A stretch of DNA of 64,000 nt from Naegleria gruberi. Taxonomy: Eukaryota. Made by a program: the position numbers and the translations under genes. The notes beneath the pieces were generated by a model. That model was not told where the DNA came from. It did not search any database and saw only the letters and a list, made by a program, of their open reading frames with translations. Shown here piece by piece: positions 44,699 to 58,003 of this stretch. How positions within the stretch are numbered: the stretch's first letter is position 1; each line of letters opens with the position of its first letter. The DNA lies in the NCBI GenBank assembly GCA_000004985.1, contig GG738892.1; one strand, 5' to 3'.

Positions 44699-45194
44699 AT
44701 GAGTGATTCTCAATCTTGTGATTGTTCAAATAACTGTCAACAGTCGGAAAAGCAGCCGGAGAAGGCAAAAATTGCAATGCCATGTTACAAGAGGATAGTA
44801 TTGGAGCCTGGAAAGACATACTTGTATTGTATGTTAATTATTTAAAGAAATTTTAAATATTAAATATTATAAATAATTATTTAATTATAATTGAAAATAA
44901 AGGTACATGTGGATTTAGTAAAGAGGAGGGAGGAGCATTTTGTGATGGAACTTGTAAAACAGATGAAAATATTAAAGGATGGGAACCAAAGGAGTTTACT
45001 GTTAAGCATTTCAACACTGGAGGATATTCAATTTGTTTATGTAAAAGGTTTGTTAATTCTTTAGAATGTTTCGAATATATGTGAATGAATTGTGAATTGT
45101 GAATTTTGAATTATTATAAAAAATATATGTATCATAACATAGAACTGAAAGAGCTCCATTCTGTGATGGTTCTCATATCAATTTGGATTGGTAG
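44699..45194 (+). CDS. Two-motif CDGSH-type iron-sulfur domain protein (CISD3/Miner2-like), 3 exons.
   Basis: Exons are 44699..44828, 44903..45047 and 45143..45194, with introns of 74 and 95 nt. The product is about 108 aa. Motif 2 is canonical: CLCKRTERAPFCDGSH, matching C-x-C-x2-(S/T)-x3-P-x-C-D-G-S-H. Motif 1 is divergent, YCTCGFSKEEGGAFCDGTC, with Cys in place of the His ligand and altered spacing. Confidence 0.6.
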
Positions 45195-45342
45195 GATGAA
45201 TATTAAGGATTATAATAAACATTACGACTATTAAATATTAAACCATTAAACATTCCAATAAAATTGTTCCATTTCACACACAAGGAACAATGAAAGAACT
45301 TCAATATCGAGTTGACTCTCCTCACATTACAATCCAAAAAAA

Positions 45343-46698
45343 ATGTCATCATCACTCGTGAGTGGAGCATTTCATGACCTTCCGTTGGAGGTTGTTATTG
45401 AATTTATATTTCCCTTTCTGATGGATGGTGAGTTGGTGCATCTCCGTATTCTCTCCACTCATCTCCAACAAGTACTCCAGAGAAATATTAAAACATTAAC
45501 ATTGAATCATAATAGAGTGGCCAATTATGTATTAAAGATGAGTGATCATGAATCATTGTTTAGATTATTGGGAAAATTGGAGAATGTTCAATATTTGAAG
45601 GGAATTAAACAAATTTATAATCACGAGCTTATTGAAAAAATCATTGCATGTTTACCCAAATTGAGGGATTGTGAAGAGTATTTCTATATGGGAAGAGCAA
45701 AAATTGCTGGATTGTGTCCAGAGTATGAAATTGTTGATATTTCGGGTATTTTGTGGATGACAGATGAGGAAATTGAAAATTTAAATGTTAAAAGATTCAA
45801 GATTGGACTTGTTGGAGAATGTACAGGTCATAAGGACAGATTTTCGCAAGTCTTTAAGAAATTTCACTATTTGGAGGAGATTAGGATGGAATCAATGTAT
45901 TCTCCTTTTGTTCTTTGGAGTCTTATTAAGGAGGAAAGAGAGTTTAGGATTGAATACAATAAGAAATTATCAATGACTGAAAAACAAGATAATGGTGGAG
46001 ATTATTATCCTGAAACAATACATATCAAGATTAATGATGAAGTTAATATTGACCCAGAGTTTCAATTCAATTCTCATTTTCCGCTAAGTGTTGAAACGAG
46101 TAGAAAAGAACAACTTCAAGAGTTGGCTCCCTATTGTGAAAAGATTGATTATTATGGAAGTATTAAGGATTTGCTTTTACTGTTGAAAAATGAGGGCAAT
46201 ATTAAGCAGTTGAAGGAATTGGATCTTTCCAAAAATAATCATAATTGGATAACTCCAAGGAATACCATTCAATCAACTGTTATTGTAGGAGATGAGAAAT
46301 TATCCAATCTCACTATGGAATTGTTCAGAAAGGTTATTGTTCAATTAATGAACCGTTTGAAATCATTACAAATTGTCAAATTATCATTACCATTCACCAT
46401 TCTAGTCTTGTTTGGAAAAGACCTGAAGCCAAACATGTCTCATTATAACCTTGAAAAGCATGCAATTTTAGATTGGATTCCATTGAACTATTATGCATCT
46501 GTGGAAAATTATGGAGAAACTATTCCCAAGTTGATTTTGAAAAAGAGGACAAGCTCTCCTCAATACAAGGAGCCAACAGAATATGAAACAATTGATTTTT
46601 CCATATTGAATCCTCCCAAAGTGCAAGTAAAACCTATTGGAGATATATCGAATGATTATCAACCAACAGGTTTTGGATTACTAGATGATGTATGGTAA
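45343..46698 (+). CDS. F-box-like protein of unknown function.
   Basis: The 451-aa ORF has an N-terminal segment LPLEVVIEFIFPFLMDGELVHLRILSTHLQQVL resembling an F-box. The remainder has no recognised motifs. Confidence 0.4.
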   Translation: MSSSLVSGAFHDLPLEVVIEFIFPFLMDGELVHLRILSTHLQQVLQRNIKTLTLNHNRVANYVLKMSDHESLFRLLGKLENVQYLKGIKQIYNHELIEKIIACLPKLRDCEEYFYMGRAKIAGLCPEYEIVDISGILWMTDEEIENLNVKRFKIGLVGECTGHKDRFSQVFKKFHYLEEIRMESMYSPFVLWSLIKEEREFRIEYNKKLSMTEKQDNGGDYYPETIHIKINDEVNIDPEFQFNSHFPLSVETSRKEQLQELAPYCEKIDYYGSIKDLLLLLKNEGNIKQLKELDLSKNNHNWITPRNTIQSTVIVGDEKLSNLTMELFRKVIVQLMNRLKSLQIVKLSLPFTILVLFGKDLKPNMSHYNLEKHAILDWIPLNYYASVENYGETIPKLILKKRTSSPQYKEPTEYETIDFSILNPPKVQVKPIGDISNDYQPTGFGLLDDVW

Positions 46699-46852
46699 TT
46701 AAGTAACTTTTAAACTAAACTTCAATGAATTGCTATAGCGAACCTTAGTCTTAATGAAATCTGGATTTTTGATATTATTCTCAAGCATTAGGGAAACCAT
46801 AAATTCCTGATCGAATAACAAATTCTTACTAATGAATGCCAAACAACCTATC

Positions 46853-47353
46853 TTAACTTTTCATGAGGATTGCTTTTTCAGCAAAGGTTTTAATATTTCT
46901 CTTCTTGACAGGGAATTTTTCAAAACAATCATCATTGGTAAGCTGTATCATATCTATAATGAATTTTTCATTCTTCCAAACACTTTCTGGTAAATATTTA
47001 AATATACAAAGAAATCCATAACCACACGAAATCAATTTTCTCACAAAATATTCATCGGAAAGGTAATCCTTTGGAATTAAATTCCATTCCTTATCACCGT
47101 AGATTCCTTCTCCGTTACAAAGTAAATTTAAGGATAAATATTTGTAGTTTGAATTAGCAACAGCCCGTTTTGTGAGATTTGAATAGATTCTTTCAATCTT
47201 CTCATCAAATAGCACAATATCCAACATGATAATTACATATCCTTCATCTCGTTTAATCTTTTTAGATAGAGTTTCATTTTCAAGTAATTGGGCTTCTTGC
47301 TCTTCGTTGTTGTTTGATTCTGGATTGGTACTTCTTGTTCTCTTGTTGGTCAT
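46853..47353 (-). CDS. Hypothetical small protein (166 aa).
   Basis: An ORF with an acidic N-terminus and coding-like composition but no recognisable motif. It is called only as an ORF. Confidence 0.3.
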   Translation of the reverse strand: MTNKRTRSTNPESNNNEEQEAQLLENETLSKKIKRDEGYVIIMLDIVLFDEKIERIYSNLTKRAVANSNYKYLSLNLLCNGEGIYGDKEWNLIPKDYLSDEYFVRKLISCGYGFLCIFKYLPESVWKNEKFIIDMIQLTNDDCFEKFPVKKRNIKTFAEKAILMKS

Positions 47354-47493
47354 TTTTTTTAAACTTGTTAAGAAATGATTTACTTTCAGTAAGGCTCCTA
47401 TTAAGGAAGGCCCTGCAATGAATTTAACAAGTTGAAAATTTTAAATTGAATTTGATAAATAAATAATTTATTGTTATATTATAAATAGAGGTT

Positions 47494-48591
47494 TTACAAA
47501 AAGTTTGTTTTTGGGATGTCAGATCTTGCAATGATTAATTTGATACTATCATCCCACAATTCATTTTGAAGTCTAGTATTATAGGTATCAGGTGCTGAAT
47601 CAACAATTTCTCTTCCATCAAAATATTTTCCAGTCACACTATCAAGATTCCTATCCACAATTAATTGTTTCAAATCGCCACCAGAAACTTCCAATGTTCT
47701 AACACCACTATGAACAAATCTCAATAAAGGTAAAACATTTCTTGCAATAGATCTCAAAACCTTATTGTAATCTCTTGATAAACTTGTAGTTGGTACAAAA
47801 CCTGGATTATATAAATTGACAGTAAATTGATCTCTATAAATTTGACGAGATTGCAATCTGGTAATCAATTCATAGGCACATAAAACATTACAGAACTTGG
47901 ATGTAGTATATCTAACACTGCCAAACTTGCTGTTATCTTGATCTGTATTCGAATCAGTAGGAATGATCGCTAACTTTTCAGCAGTTTCAAATTCTGGAGC
48001 TGGCATTCCTCCAAACTTTTTTCTTCCATGAATATCACTTGATACTATTACAATTCTATTCTTGGAATTGGTTGATTTGGTAAATAATGGAAGTAACAAA
48101 TTAATTAATAAGAAGTGTCCAAGATGATTGACTCCAAACGTGGCCTCATAGCCTTCTTCTGTCAAAATTAATTTGTGTACAAAAGATACACCTGCATTGC
48201 AAACAAGTGAATGAAGAGGTGGAATTTTGGAATTGTCAATTAAGGATTTGAGTTCTGAAACAAATTGCTGAATTGATTTGAAAGAGGCCAAATCAAGTTT
48301 CAAAGCAGTAATTTGACCCTTTAGTTCAGATTCGTTTCTTTCAGGGTGTTCCTTCAAATAATCTTGAACAAACGCATCCATTTCACTATTTGATAACTCA
48401 ACACCTCTACATGCCATTACAAGATGTTTAGTTTTTCTATTCGAATCCCATTCCTCTCTCAACATTTGTCTTGCTGCTTCCAAACCAATTCCACTGTTAC
48501 AACCAGTAATAATAACACTTTTATATTCTTCTTCTTGTTGTTGACTCATTTTCTTTTTTTGTTTTGAACTGTTCAGTTGAAATTTGTCCAT
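47494..48591 (-). CDS. Short-chain dehydrogenase/reductase (retinol-dehydrogenase / WWOX-like SDR).
   Basis: The Rossmann motif VIITGCNSGIGLEAARQM, NAG at the expected position (VCNAGV), the catalytic YTTSK and a PGFVPT segment all point to an SDR. Confidence 0.75.
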   Translation of the reverse strand: MDKFQLNSSKQKKKMSQQQEEEYKSVIITGCNSGIGLEAARQMLREEWDSNRKTKHLVMACRGVELSNSEMDAFVQDYLKEHPERNESELKGQITALKLDLASFKSIQQFVSELKSLIDNSKIPPLHSLVCNAGVSFVHKLILTEEGYEATFGVNHLGHFLLINLLLPLFTKSTNSKNRIVIVSSDIHGRKKFGGMPAPEFETAEKLAIIPTDSNTDQDNSKFGSVRYTTSKFCNVLCAYELITRLQSRQIYRDQFTVNLYNPGFVPTTSLSRDYNKVLRSIARNVLPLLRFVHSGVRTLEVSGGDLKQLIVDRNLDSVTGKYFDGREIVDSAPDTYNTRLQNELWDDSIKLIIARSDIPKTNFL

Positions 48592-49141
48592 CCTCTTAAA
48601 GTAAATTCATCTGTTTCAATTTCAATGGAATGAAAATCGAGAGGACATGATGGAAATATTGGAAAATCATGTCGTGCGTACTAAACTAACATTCAACTTA
48701 TTTCAACCAATGAAATTCCTCCTCATTCGAAACTCAGTGGTTATTGGTCAGTTAAGAGTTTCATTGAATGGACAAATAGTTTGTCCACACTAATTTGAAA
48801 TACCATCAACAGTTTTTTTCAAAACCTTTTCAATTATTGGCATTCTAACACTTGAATAAATAGGCAAGAAGGAAGAATCTAAAAACAATCTGAAGAACAA
48901 CTGTAATTTGAAATTCTGTAATTAAGCTGCTGAACATGCACTCAAAAAAGCACCAACTTGGAATAGTTCATCAACATTCAACAATAGGAATGTTTTTCTT
49001 GGCCATCCATTACAAAGACCCATTGCTTGATTTTGAATAGCTAGATTTTAATACTTAGGAATTACAATAACAACATACAAGGCAGCTTTTGGAATTTGAA
49101 CTTTAAAAAAAAAAAAAGAACAAAAAACCTCTCAAAGAAAT

Positions 49142-50019
49142 ATGGATCAAATTTTCCAACAAACCAAAGACTACTTTGAACAATTAGATCAAGTCAAGGA
49201 AAAGATTCAATCATGTACTCGTGATTTGGATGAACCTTTGGCTCTCTTGCAAGGAATTTTCCACAAGATTCATCAAAATAAGTCAAATTATAAGGAACAT
49301 ATCACCGAATTGTGTTCATCATCCAATCAATACATTCAAAAATGTTCGGAATCTTTGATGAGACTCTCGGAATCAATTCCAGAAAATAGTTATTACAAGT
49401 ATTATAATATGTGGCAATATAGACTTTCCAATTTATGTTCATTGATTGCTTTAAAGCACTTTTTGACAAAGGATTTGGAAGATGATTTGGATCACGCTTT
49501 GATTACCAAAGATCAAGTTGAACAATTGTTAGGAATTGATAAGATGAAGAATTTCTATCTTCCATTAGAAGATTATTTGTAAGTATTAATTTGTCCTTTT
49601 AATAATCATCAAATCAATATTATTATTCATATCGAATTGAACGATGATATTTTACTACTATGGATTATTGATTTAACAATTGATTGATTGTAAAATTTAG
49701 ATATGGATTGTGTAATTTATTCTCAGAATTGAATAGATATTGTGTAAATTGTGTAATTAGATTGGACTTTGCCAAACCATTCCAAATTAAGGAATTTTTG
49801 ACTCAACTCTATGATGGTTTTAAATTATTGAATTTAAAGAATGACTCACTCAGAAAACGATTCGATGCTATCAAGTATGATGTAAAGAGATGTGAAGAAA
49901 TTGTCTATGATTTATCAATCAGAGGATTAAACCCAAGTGGCAAATCAGTTAATATCAGTGCTGATATTAATCCAATAACCAAAAATTTGGATGATAATAC
50001 CATGCAACAAGATCAATAA
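49142..50019 (+). CDS. TSNAX: Translin-associated factor X (TRAX), 2 exons.
   Basis: Exons are 49142..49578 and 49701..50019, separated by a 122-nt intron with a GTAAGT donor. The spliced junction LEDYL|LYGLCNLFSELNRYCVNCV...FLTQLYDGF matches human TRAX [23 protein letters not shown]...FLRQVYDGF. Confidence 0.7.
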
Positions 50020-50142
50020 ATAATTGAGCTCAAAAACTACTTTCAGATTATTCTCTCGTTGTGGTCATCCAACCAATGCATGAGAAAGATTGACATTTTA
50101 CCCACAACGTTTCTCTCATTCAGCTGTCAACACAATTAAAAA

Positions 50143-53100
50143 ATGAGCAACGATCAACAAGCAAACGTCGATATAACCATCACGTAAGTCATCATCACAC
50201 AATCATCTCCTTCTCATCATTAAATTATTGCTGTTAATCAATATACACAACAACAAAATAGCGAACTTTTAATTGAATATGAAGTCCTTGTTCATTCACA
50301 TTCTCTTGTAGCAATAGAGTCAAGTGTTAGAGGTGAAATTGTAGAAAAATATCGACATGTAAGTTATTGTTGTGTGTTTATTTGAATTATAATAGTAAAT
50401 TGTAAAATTGTGTGATTTGGCATTGTGTTGTATTGCTATACACACAAACGATTAGAATCAAGAATATAAAACCAAGAATATTAATTTCCAATATAACTTG
50501 GAAAGTTTGAAATGCATTCTGTCTCGCCTTTCAAAGAATAAGGCCAATCTGTTGAAAATTTTGGACATGATGGCTGATATCATCAATTCGTATACATTAC
50601 TTAAGGATTTGAACAGTAAGAAGAAGATTGTAATACCAGAAAAGAAGGAAGTAGATTATATTGATAACAATGTAATGAGTCATATGAGATTATGTTTACA
50701 ATCATATAAGGAAAATTTGTAAGTAACTTGGTCAAATCATTGAGCTAACAACTCTCATGTTAATTGGTTGGTGGACCAAACTCTCTATGATAACACTACT
50801 ACACACAGAGATAAACAAAATAACCAAGGAAAATTGATAATTCCAGACAAAATTCACAAGATTTGTTACGATAGAATTTATAATGATATTTTTATTGAAG
50901 AGTGTGGAAAACTTCTCGGAGAAATTTCAAGCTTCCAAATGGACAGTGTTTTACAAATTGTCTTGACAAGTTTTGAAAAAGTTGGTAAATCACAAAATGA
51001 GGCCAAAAACTTTCAACCACTTCAAAAAATTACAAAACATTTAGATTTCTGTTTTGCTGATGAAGAACGTACTCATGGAACTCTTGCTTACCTTGATGCT
51101 ATTCGTACTAAACTTCCAAATATGAAAAAGGGTAAGAAGGATCTCATGCCATTCATTTGTGAAACTTTAATTCATATTTTTGAGGAAATTCTCACTGGAC
51201 AATACATGTTTGATGAAATTCAATTACTTGAGAATAGTCAACATTGGGAAAAGCGTAAGAAGGAATTTAAATCACTTAATAATGAATTGAGTAATAGATT
51301 TTGGGGATGTTTCCAAGAAATCTATGATAATTTGTTGAAGATGGCTTCAAAGAAAGAAGCTTCATCATTTGATCTTGTAAATTGTATGGCAATGATGACT
51401 TGTCGTGCAAAGGAGGACATTTACTTCCAAAATGTTCCAGAACTCATCAAATTGTACACTGCCGGTCTCAAAGATAAGAAGGAAAAATTCGATTTCTTCA
51501 AATCAATCAAATCATTTGTAACATATGTACCTAATGAATATGTTACAAAAGATCTGGAAAAGTTCAGTAACTTTATTAAATCTGTTTCAGATCAAATTTT
51601 CAATAAGAAGGTGGTACTCAATGAATACAGACAAGATGCTGAAACATTCCTTGTTGAATATGCCAAGAAACAACTTCATAGAACATGGCCTAAACTCATG
51701 GAAGAAATTTTGAAACCAGAAAACCAAAAAGTTTACACTAACGAACACAGAGCTGTTGCATTGTCATGTATTGCTAGAGTTGCAAGACTATTCCCTGATG
51801 AAATTGCAAAGCAAAACTACTTGTTGGGAGTTGTTTGTACAAATATCATTTTAGATGAAAAGATGAGAACTGATGTTACTCTATTGAGAAATGTTCTTAA
51901 ATGTTTCCCTCGGGTCAGACATACATCTGAAGAAAAGATGAATGAAATTAGAAATATCATTGGTACTCATTGCTTATTACATCCTGATAGAACTGTTTCT
52001 AGAAATGCTGCTGAGGCTCTTGTTTCCTCTGTTGAAATGGAACCAGGTAAAATCCTTGATGTTGTCGAAAAATTCAGAGATGTTTTGATTAAGGTTAATG
52101 AAATTACTCCAGAAAATGCTTACAAATTGTTGAAGGATTTATTCCTTGTTTTGGAAACATTTATTCATAAGGTTCAAGAATCGGAAAAACTTATTATTGG
52201 ATTAGACATTCAAGGATACAACTCTCTTAGAAAGAAGGTTGAAGGAATGTTACTTTTGTATATTATTCATACTGCCCCTACTGTCAGAAATCAAGCTGTC
52301 AAGACTCTTAAACAATTGTCTAGACCAGAACTTAAAGCAATCACTAAGGAAATTTCATCAAATTGTACTTATCTGATTGATGACGGCATGCTTACTTCCC
52401 CAAAGAATGACAGTTCTGAATGGTTACCTTGCGTAGAAGAAATGTGCAAGAATCACGTTGATGATGCCATCACTAAGGCATGGGAAGAATTGATAAAGCG
52501 TTGGAGTACTGGTGTTTCCAGACTCGATAAGATTGATCTCCTCTCGAATCATTTGAGATTCCTCTGTGCTGCAGCTAGACCAACACTCGCCTCAAAGGCA
52601 GAACCATTCTTCAATGAATTACTCCAATTGTTAACTAAGAATTGCCCTCATAACGAAATTAAGACAGCAGTTTTGGGAGCTTTAGAATTGGTCCATCCAA
52701 CAAGCATGTACATGATCCTCTCACAAATAAGATCCATTGATGTAGCCAGAACCTACATCAAGAAGGAGCATAGAATTGAAAGCTCCGATCCTGCTTACGA
52801 ACAACACATTATTTCCTTGCTAAAGAGATTAATTACCAAGTCCATCTCAAATGTTTCATCCATTTCACCAACTGATTTCCTCTTTGTCAAGCAAGGAATT
52901 GCTGTTAGAGATTTCTTTGATGAACTCATTTCTAATTGGACAACCAAGGATAGAATTGATGTTAGAGACATTACAGGTTCTTTCCTCAATAATATTGACA
53001 CTTGGAAAGACGCTGCTGAAATTATTGCAACTTACCTCAAGCATTTGAATACCATCAGTAAGCAAACTGCTCTCGAAAAGGGAACAGATATTTCTGATCA

Positions 53101-56100
53101 AGCTGTTACATACAGTAATATGTTCAAAAAGCACACTGTCAATCAATCTTTGGTGTATCTCTTCAAATTCTTGCATTATGACCACATTGGACTTTATTGC
53201 CAAGAAGCTGCTAATGGTATTCAACACATTTGTTCATTTGGAATGATTGAAGATGAAAAGTTTATCAATGACATTTTGAGATATTGTGAACAAGTTATTG
53301 TTCGTAAGAAAGATGAAGTTGACGTTATTCCAGTCATGTCAGAATTTTTGAGAAATAATCCTCAAACTCTCAGAACCTTCATTATCAACTCATACTATGA
53401 ATCCTTCAATAGATATATCAAGGAAGAACTCGATACTCAAGACGAATCTGAAGATAAATCAAAGAAATCCAGTAAAGGAACCAAGAAGGAAGTTGAAGCT
53501 ATGCTTGAATTAAAGGAAGAAAAGAAAGAAGAAAGAAAGAAATTCACTGAAAGAATTCCAAATATTTGCAGAGCATATCTCTCTGCCATTGTAAAGGTTA
53601 TGGAAGATCACCTTGATCATTGGATTCAAGAACAATACACCACTTTGGGAGGCATGTTCTATATTGCACTTGTCCACTCATGCACCAGAGGTAACATTTC
53701 ACTCAGAGATAAGGCTCATGAATTGATTAATATTGTAATCAAATCAGATACCTCTGAAGGAAATATCAATTATGGAACAACCTATCACTGTACAAGTGTT
53801 GGTGATGAATGTGTCTTTAAAAAGACTATTTACAACTTTTCAGAATATGTTTCAAAGACTGCTCCTTTGATTACTGCTGATTTGTTTACTGAAGCTGATA
53901 AGACTGTTGATTTGTTGGATGGTGTTAATAAGGAAAATACTTTGAGAATTCTCACACCATGGTCTTACAATTTCGGTCTCTATGTCAAGACATGTTTGGA
54001 TTCTGCAAATACTTCTGATGCTGCCTACAAGATGAAAGATTTCACTTCTCAAAGACTTTTGAAGATTATCTTTACTATTACTGAAAAACTCCACGGTGAT
54101 GAAGATTCACAAACCGACGATTATCCAATGACTAATAATTTGAATAAGCACTATTTGGAAAGAATTTGGTACAACCTTATCAAATCATCAGAAGTTTGTA
54201 AATGGGTTATTCCAGAAGTTGTCAAGTTTATTGTTGAAAATTATGATTATTCATTCTCAAATAATACTCAACCTGTCAACACAACCCATACCTTGTTGAG
54301 AGCTGTCTTTGTTTATATTTGTAGAGATGAAAAGAGCTTGCCGCTCATCCTTGAAAACCTTGTCTATTATTTGAGAGATTACAAGGAAAAGGTACCTGAA
54401 ACTAAGAAGGAAGTTGCCAAATATCTCGTCGAAAGAGGTTTACAGGAACCTGTTGATGCTGAATTCACTAGTCTAGAATTCAGTGCTCTCCAACTCTTGG
54501 TTGATATTACCTATGAACATGATGTTGCACTCATTCCTCATTTACCAAAACTCTTCATGAATACCATTGTTCTCTTCAACTCTTGTCAAAATACTAGAAC
54601 ATTTATTGAACCTAAACTCATCTTGGAAAATATCCTTCAATCACTTGCATTGAGAATGAGAGATTTGAATACTTCTACCATTCACTATGTTGAAAAACTT
54701 ACTCAATTCCTCATTGAAAATTTGAGAAAGTCCTCTCAACAAAAGCTTACACGTGTTCGTTCATTCATTGTTCAATGGACAGAATATGTATCAAAGAAGC
54801 ACAGACCAGATTTGGCTGAAGCTATTTCTGAAATGGCTCTCAATTGGGCTTTACAAACAAAGGACAATAAGATTTCACTCGAATCTTACTATGTTTTTGA
54901 AGCTTTGAACAAGAACTTCTCATGTGATGTCATTGAAAAGTTAGTGATTGGTTTCTTTGATGCTGTCAGAGTTAGAGATGATGCCAAGATTTCTATCATT
55001 ATGGATATTTTCTTCAATATTCCATCTGATAAGTTGGCTCCTCCTCGTGTATCTAAATTATTGTTCCAAGTCGTCTTTTGGCTCTTCTTCTCCTGGAATA
55101 AGACTCACTTTGCTCGTGGTTTGAAATACATGCTCAAGTTGCAAGGACTCACCCAATATGATAATATTGATGAATCCGTACTCAATTCATCCATGTACAA
55201 TGTATGGAAGGGTTACACAGGTGAAGAAACTGTTGATGTTAGCGTCTCTAGAGTTATTTTCAAGGGAATATTCGATACTGAAACATTTGCTGAAACCTTT
55301 GATCTCTTGAATAATTTGGTTGTCAGATTTGAATCATACATGACCAAACAAAGCAATATGATGATTGCAACTATTTTGGTTGTTCAAGGTATTCTATACC
55401 TTTCTGGTGACTTCTCAAAGAAGGCTCAATTGCAAAAGTTGTTGGATAGAAACGAAGGTTTGGTGGATTTCAAGAATGCTTTCAATACTCTTGAACAATC
55501 CTTCACTCAAGTCAAGGCCAATTTGGTAACAAATGAGGAAGTTATCTCAGAATTGACAGAATATAACAAGTGTATGACTCAGTTTACCACTGACTTTGCA
55601 TCTGCCTATCAAAAGATATTCTCAAATAAGAGTGGCAGCTTTATTAATTGGGTATTGGTTTCCCTCACCAAAAATTCTAACATCAAGTGGTCTCTTGCCT
55701 CTGTTCTTCTTACTAGCAAATTGCTCCCAGTCATTTTCCAACCTGGTTTGTGGTCTATTGAAGAAATTAGCAGTGTCTCTTGTATTGCTAAGGAATGCAT
55801 GTCAGATGTTAAGCTTGTTTCATATTTGAGAAATCCACTCCTCCACAATTCTGCCAAGGATATTACTGAATTTATTGCCTTCCATGCTCATGAAAAGCAA
55901 AAGAAATACACCAAGAAGGAGGTTGAAACTGTTTTCCCATACTTGGAACCAACTCTTGGATTCTTGAAAAGTGTTCGTTCAGAGAAACCATCCAATAATG
56001 AATCATTCGTTGGAACAAACACTGTTGAAAAGGATATTACTCGTAGTGAAATTTTGTGTCGTATGTGGTATCAAACATTTAGTCTCCAAATTGATCCTGC

Positions 56101-56389
56101 ATCCAACAATGAAGAAGCATCACTCCTCACTTCAATTCTCGAATTCAAATCTGAAACTCATGCCACTGAATCAAATATTTCTCCTGTCATTGCAAACTAT
56201 GCCAAAGTCATTTCACAAAGAAAGACCAAACCACTCTCTGATATTCCAGAATCGGATGCTCCACCAACTGTAACCCAGGTAAATGATATTAATATTGATG
56301 ATGTTGAAGATGAAGTAGAAGAAGCAATTATTATTCCACCACCTCCAGAATCTGATAGTGAGGATGAAGAAAGTGAGAAAACTCAATAA
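50143..56389 (+). CDS. Very large (about 1975-aa) all-alpha HEAT/ARM-like repeat protein of unresolved identity, 4 exons.
   Basis: Exons are 50143..50183, 50262..50358, 50456..50718 and 50809..56389. The last acceptor is ambiguous, with an alternative at 50875. Helical-repeat-like composition runs along the whole 1873-aa main ORF, and the C-terminus is acidic with a Ser-rich tail (IIIPPPPESDSEDEESEKTQ). No diagnostic motif was recognised by eye. Confidence 0.5.
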
Positions 56390-56442
56390 ATAATTTAATC
56401 TTGTTTCAAAGATGAATCTTAATCCTATTCTTATTCTTTCTT

Positions 56443-57686
56443 CTATGTCAATACAGACGCTGACTGCGGTCTATGAGGAACAGTGTATCTGTTCTGGTTT
56501 GAGTTGTAAGAAGATTGAGGTCTAATCCGTAATTTAGAGTTATCTACTCTTGATGCTGCAATATCTGGAGGGGGAGTAAACTCACTCCTTCCAGATAATC
56601 TTGCAGAAGTTGGGCGAGCAATACTATCTGACAACTCTTTTCTAGTATTGGACGATGTTGTTGATTGTTTGAATGTTTTGTTTGGAATTGGTGGGGTGTT
56701 AAAGCTGTAAGGGGATTTGCTTGAAGATATGGATTCGATTTTGCTTACTTGTGAAATATTAGAAGCTATCTCATCCAAATCAAGACTGGATCTAGTTTTT
56801 TCGGGTGAATTATATACAACTCTCTCATTTGCAGGATTATTCACTGAGATCGAGATGAAATTATTGTTTGTACTTTTACCAACTCTGGCACTCATAGGTC
56901 TAACTGGCAAAGAAACACTTGCTGCCTTCTTTCTTAGAGAAATAGACGCCGAAGATGGTCTGACTAGGTTTGTAGGTATCGAAGGAATATTATTTACAGA
57001 AGAATTGGATGTGTAGCTTTGTCTGGATGATAGAGAAGCTGGAAGTTCCTTAGGTTCAATGTTTTCAGAATTAATTGCTGATGATCCTGATATCATTAGG
57101 GTAGAAGGGAAAGTATTCTTTCGTTTGTGTTTTGGATTAGTAAAATGTTGATCAGGATTAAATTTAGAGTTTTGTAGAGCTTGAGTTGTTGCGTTTGCCT
57201 TATTCATAACTTTTTCCCGTATTGATCCAAATTTAAAATCTGAAGCAAAACTACTATATAATGGTACAGATGGATCATCAAGACCTGATCGCTCATTAAA
57301 CATATAATACCAATATTTAACTTCCGAGAGTGAGGTTTGGCCAAATGATGTTGATTGTCCTCCACTGTCAACTCCGTTAACCTTAATTCTGTTCGGATGA
57401 TCGGGAAGGTATTTTTGTTGTTCTCTTTTTAGCACAATAGGGCTTCTCCCTTGAACTTTTTCTGTTGTTGTTGAATTCTTAGATTTGACTTGATTTTTCT
57501 TCATTCCTCCTTCTCTGTATTCATACATAAATACTATTTTGATATTAATTAAATTATTTACCTTAGGTAAGAAAAGGGAAGGTTTGCTCCTTCAAATCTT
57601 TCATCGGGAGGAAAGGGAAGAATATTACGAACATTATCACCATTAATCATTGCCGAACGCCTAGCGTGATTACTTTTTGGTGACAT
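56443..57686 (-). CDS. Ser/Thr-rich low-complexity protein, 2 exons. Function is unknown.
   Basis: Minus-strand exons are 57562..57686 (MSPKSNHARRSAMINGDNVRNILPFPPDERFEGANLPFSYL) and 56443..57514, separated by a 47-nt intron with a GTAAAT donor. The rest is S/T/N-rich and disordered. Confidence 0.4.
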
Positions 57687-58003
57687 TGGTCTTCCCTTAC
57701 TAGCATCTTTTATAAATTCCTTCTTTCGATACTTTTAATTGTCGTTGATGATCTTGGTGATGATGTGATGTAACCTACCTCCAGCAATTCTGTCCTAGTT
57801 TTGGCCGTTTGATTGTTTTCTGGCCGTTTTTCATCCATTTTTTTTAAAGTAGTTGTTTGGCGGGAGTTTTTATCTCTCAACGTTAATCAGAATCCTTAAC
57901 CATAAAATTATTTTATCAAAACTTTCCTTATTAATGATTTGGAAGTCAACAAGTGAATTGGCCATTAATAAAAGTTTTAAATAATTTATTTAGGATTTAT
58001 AAT

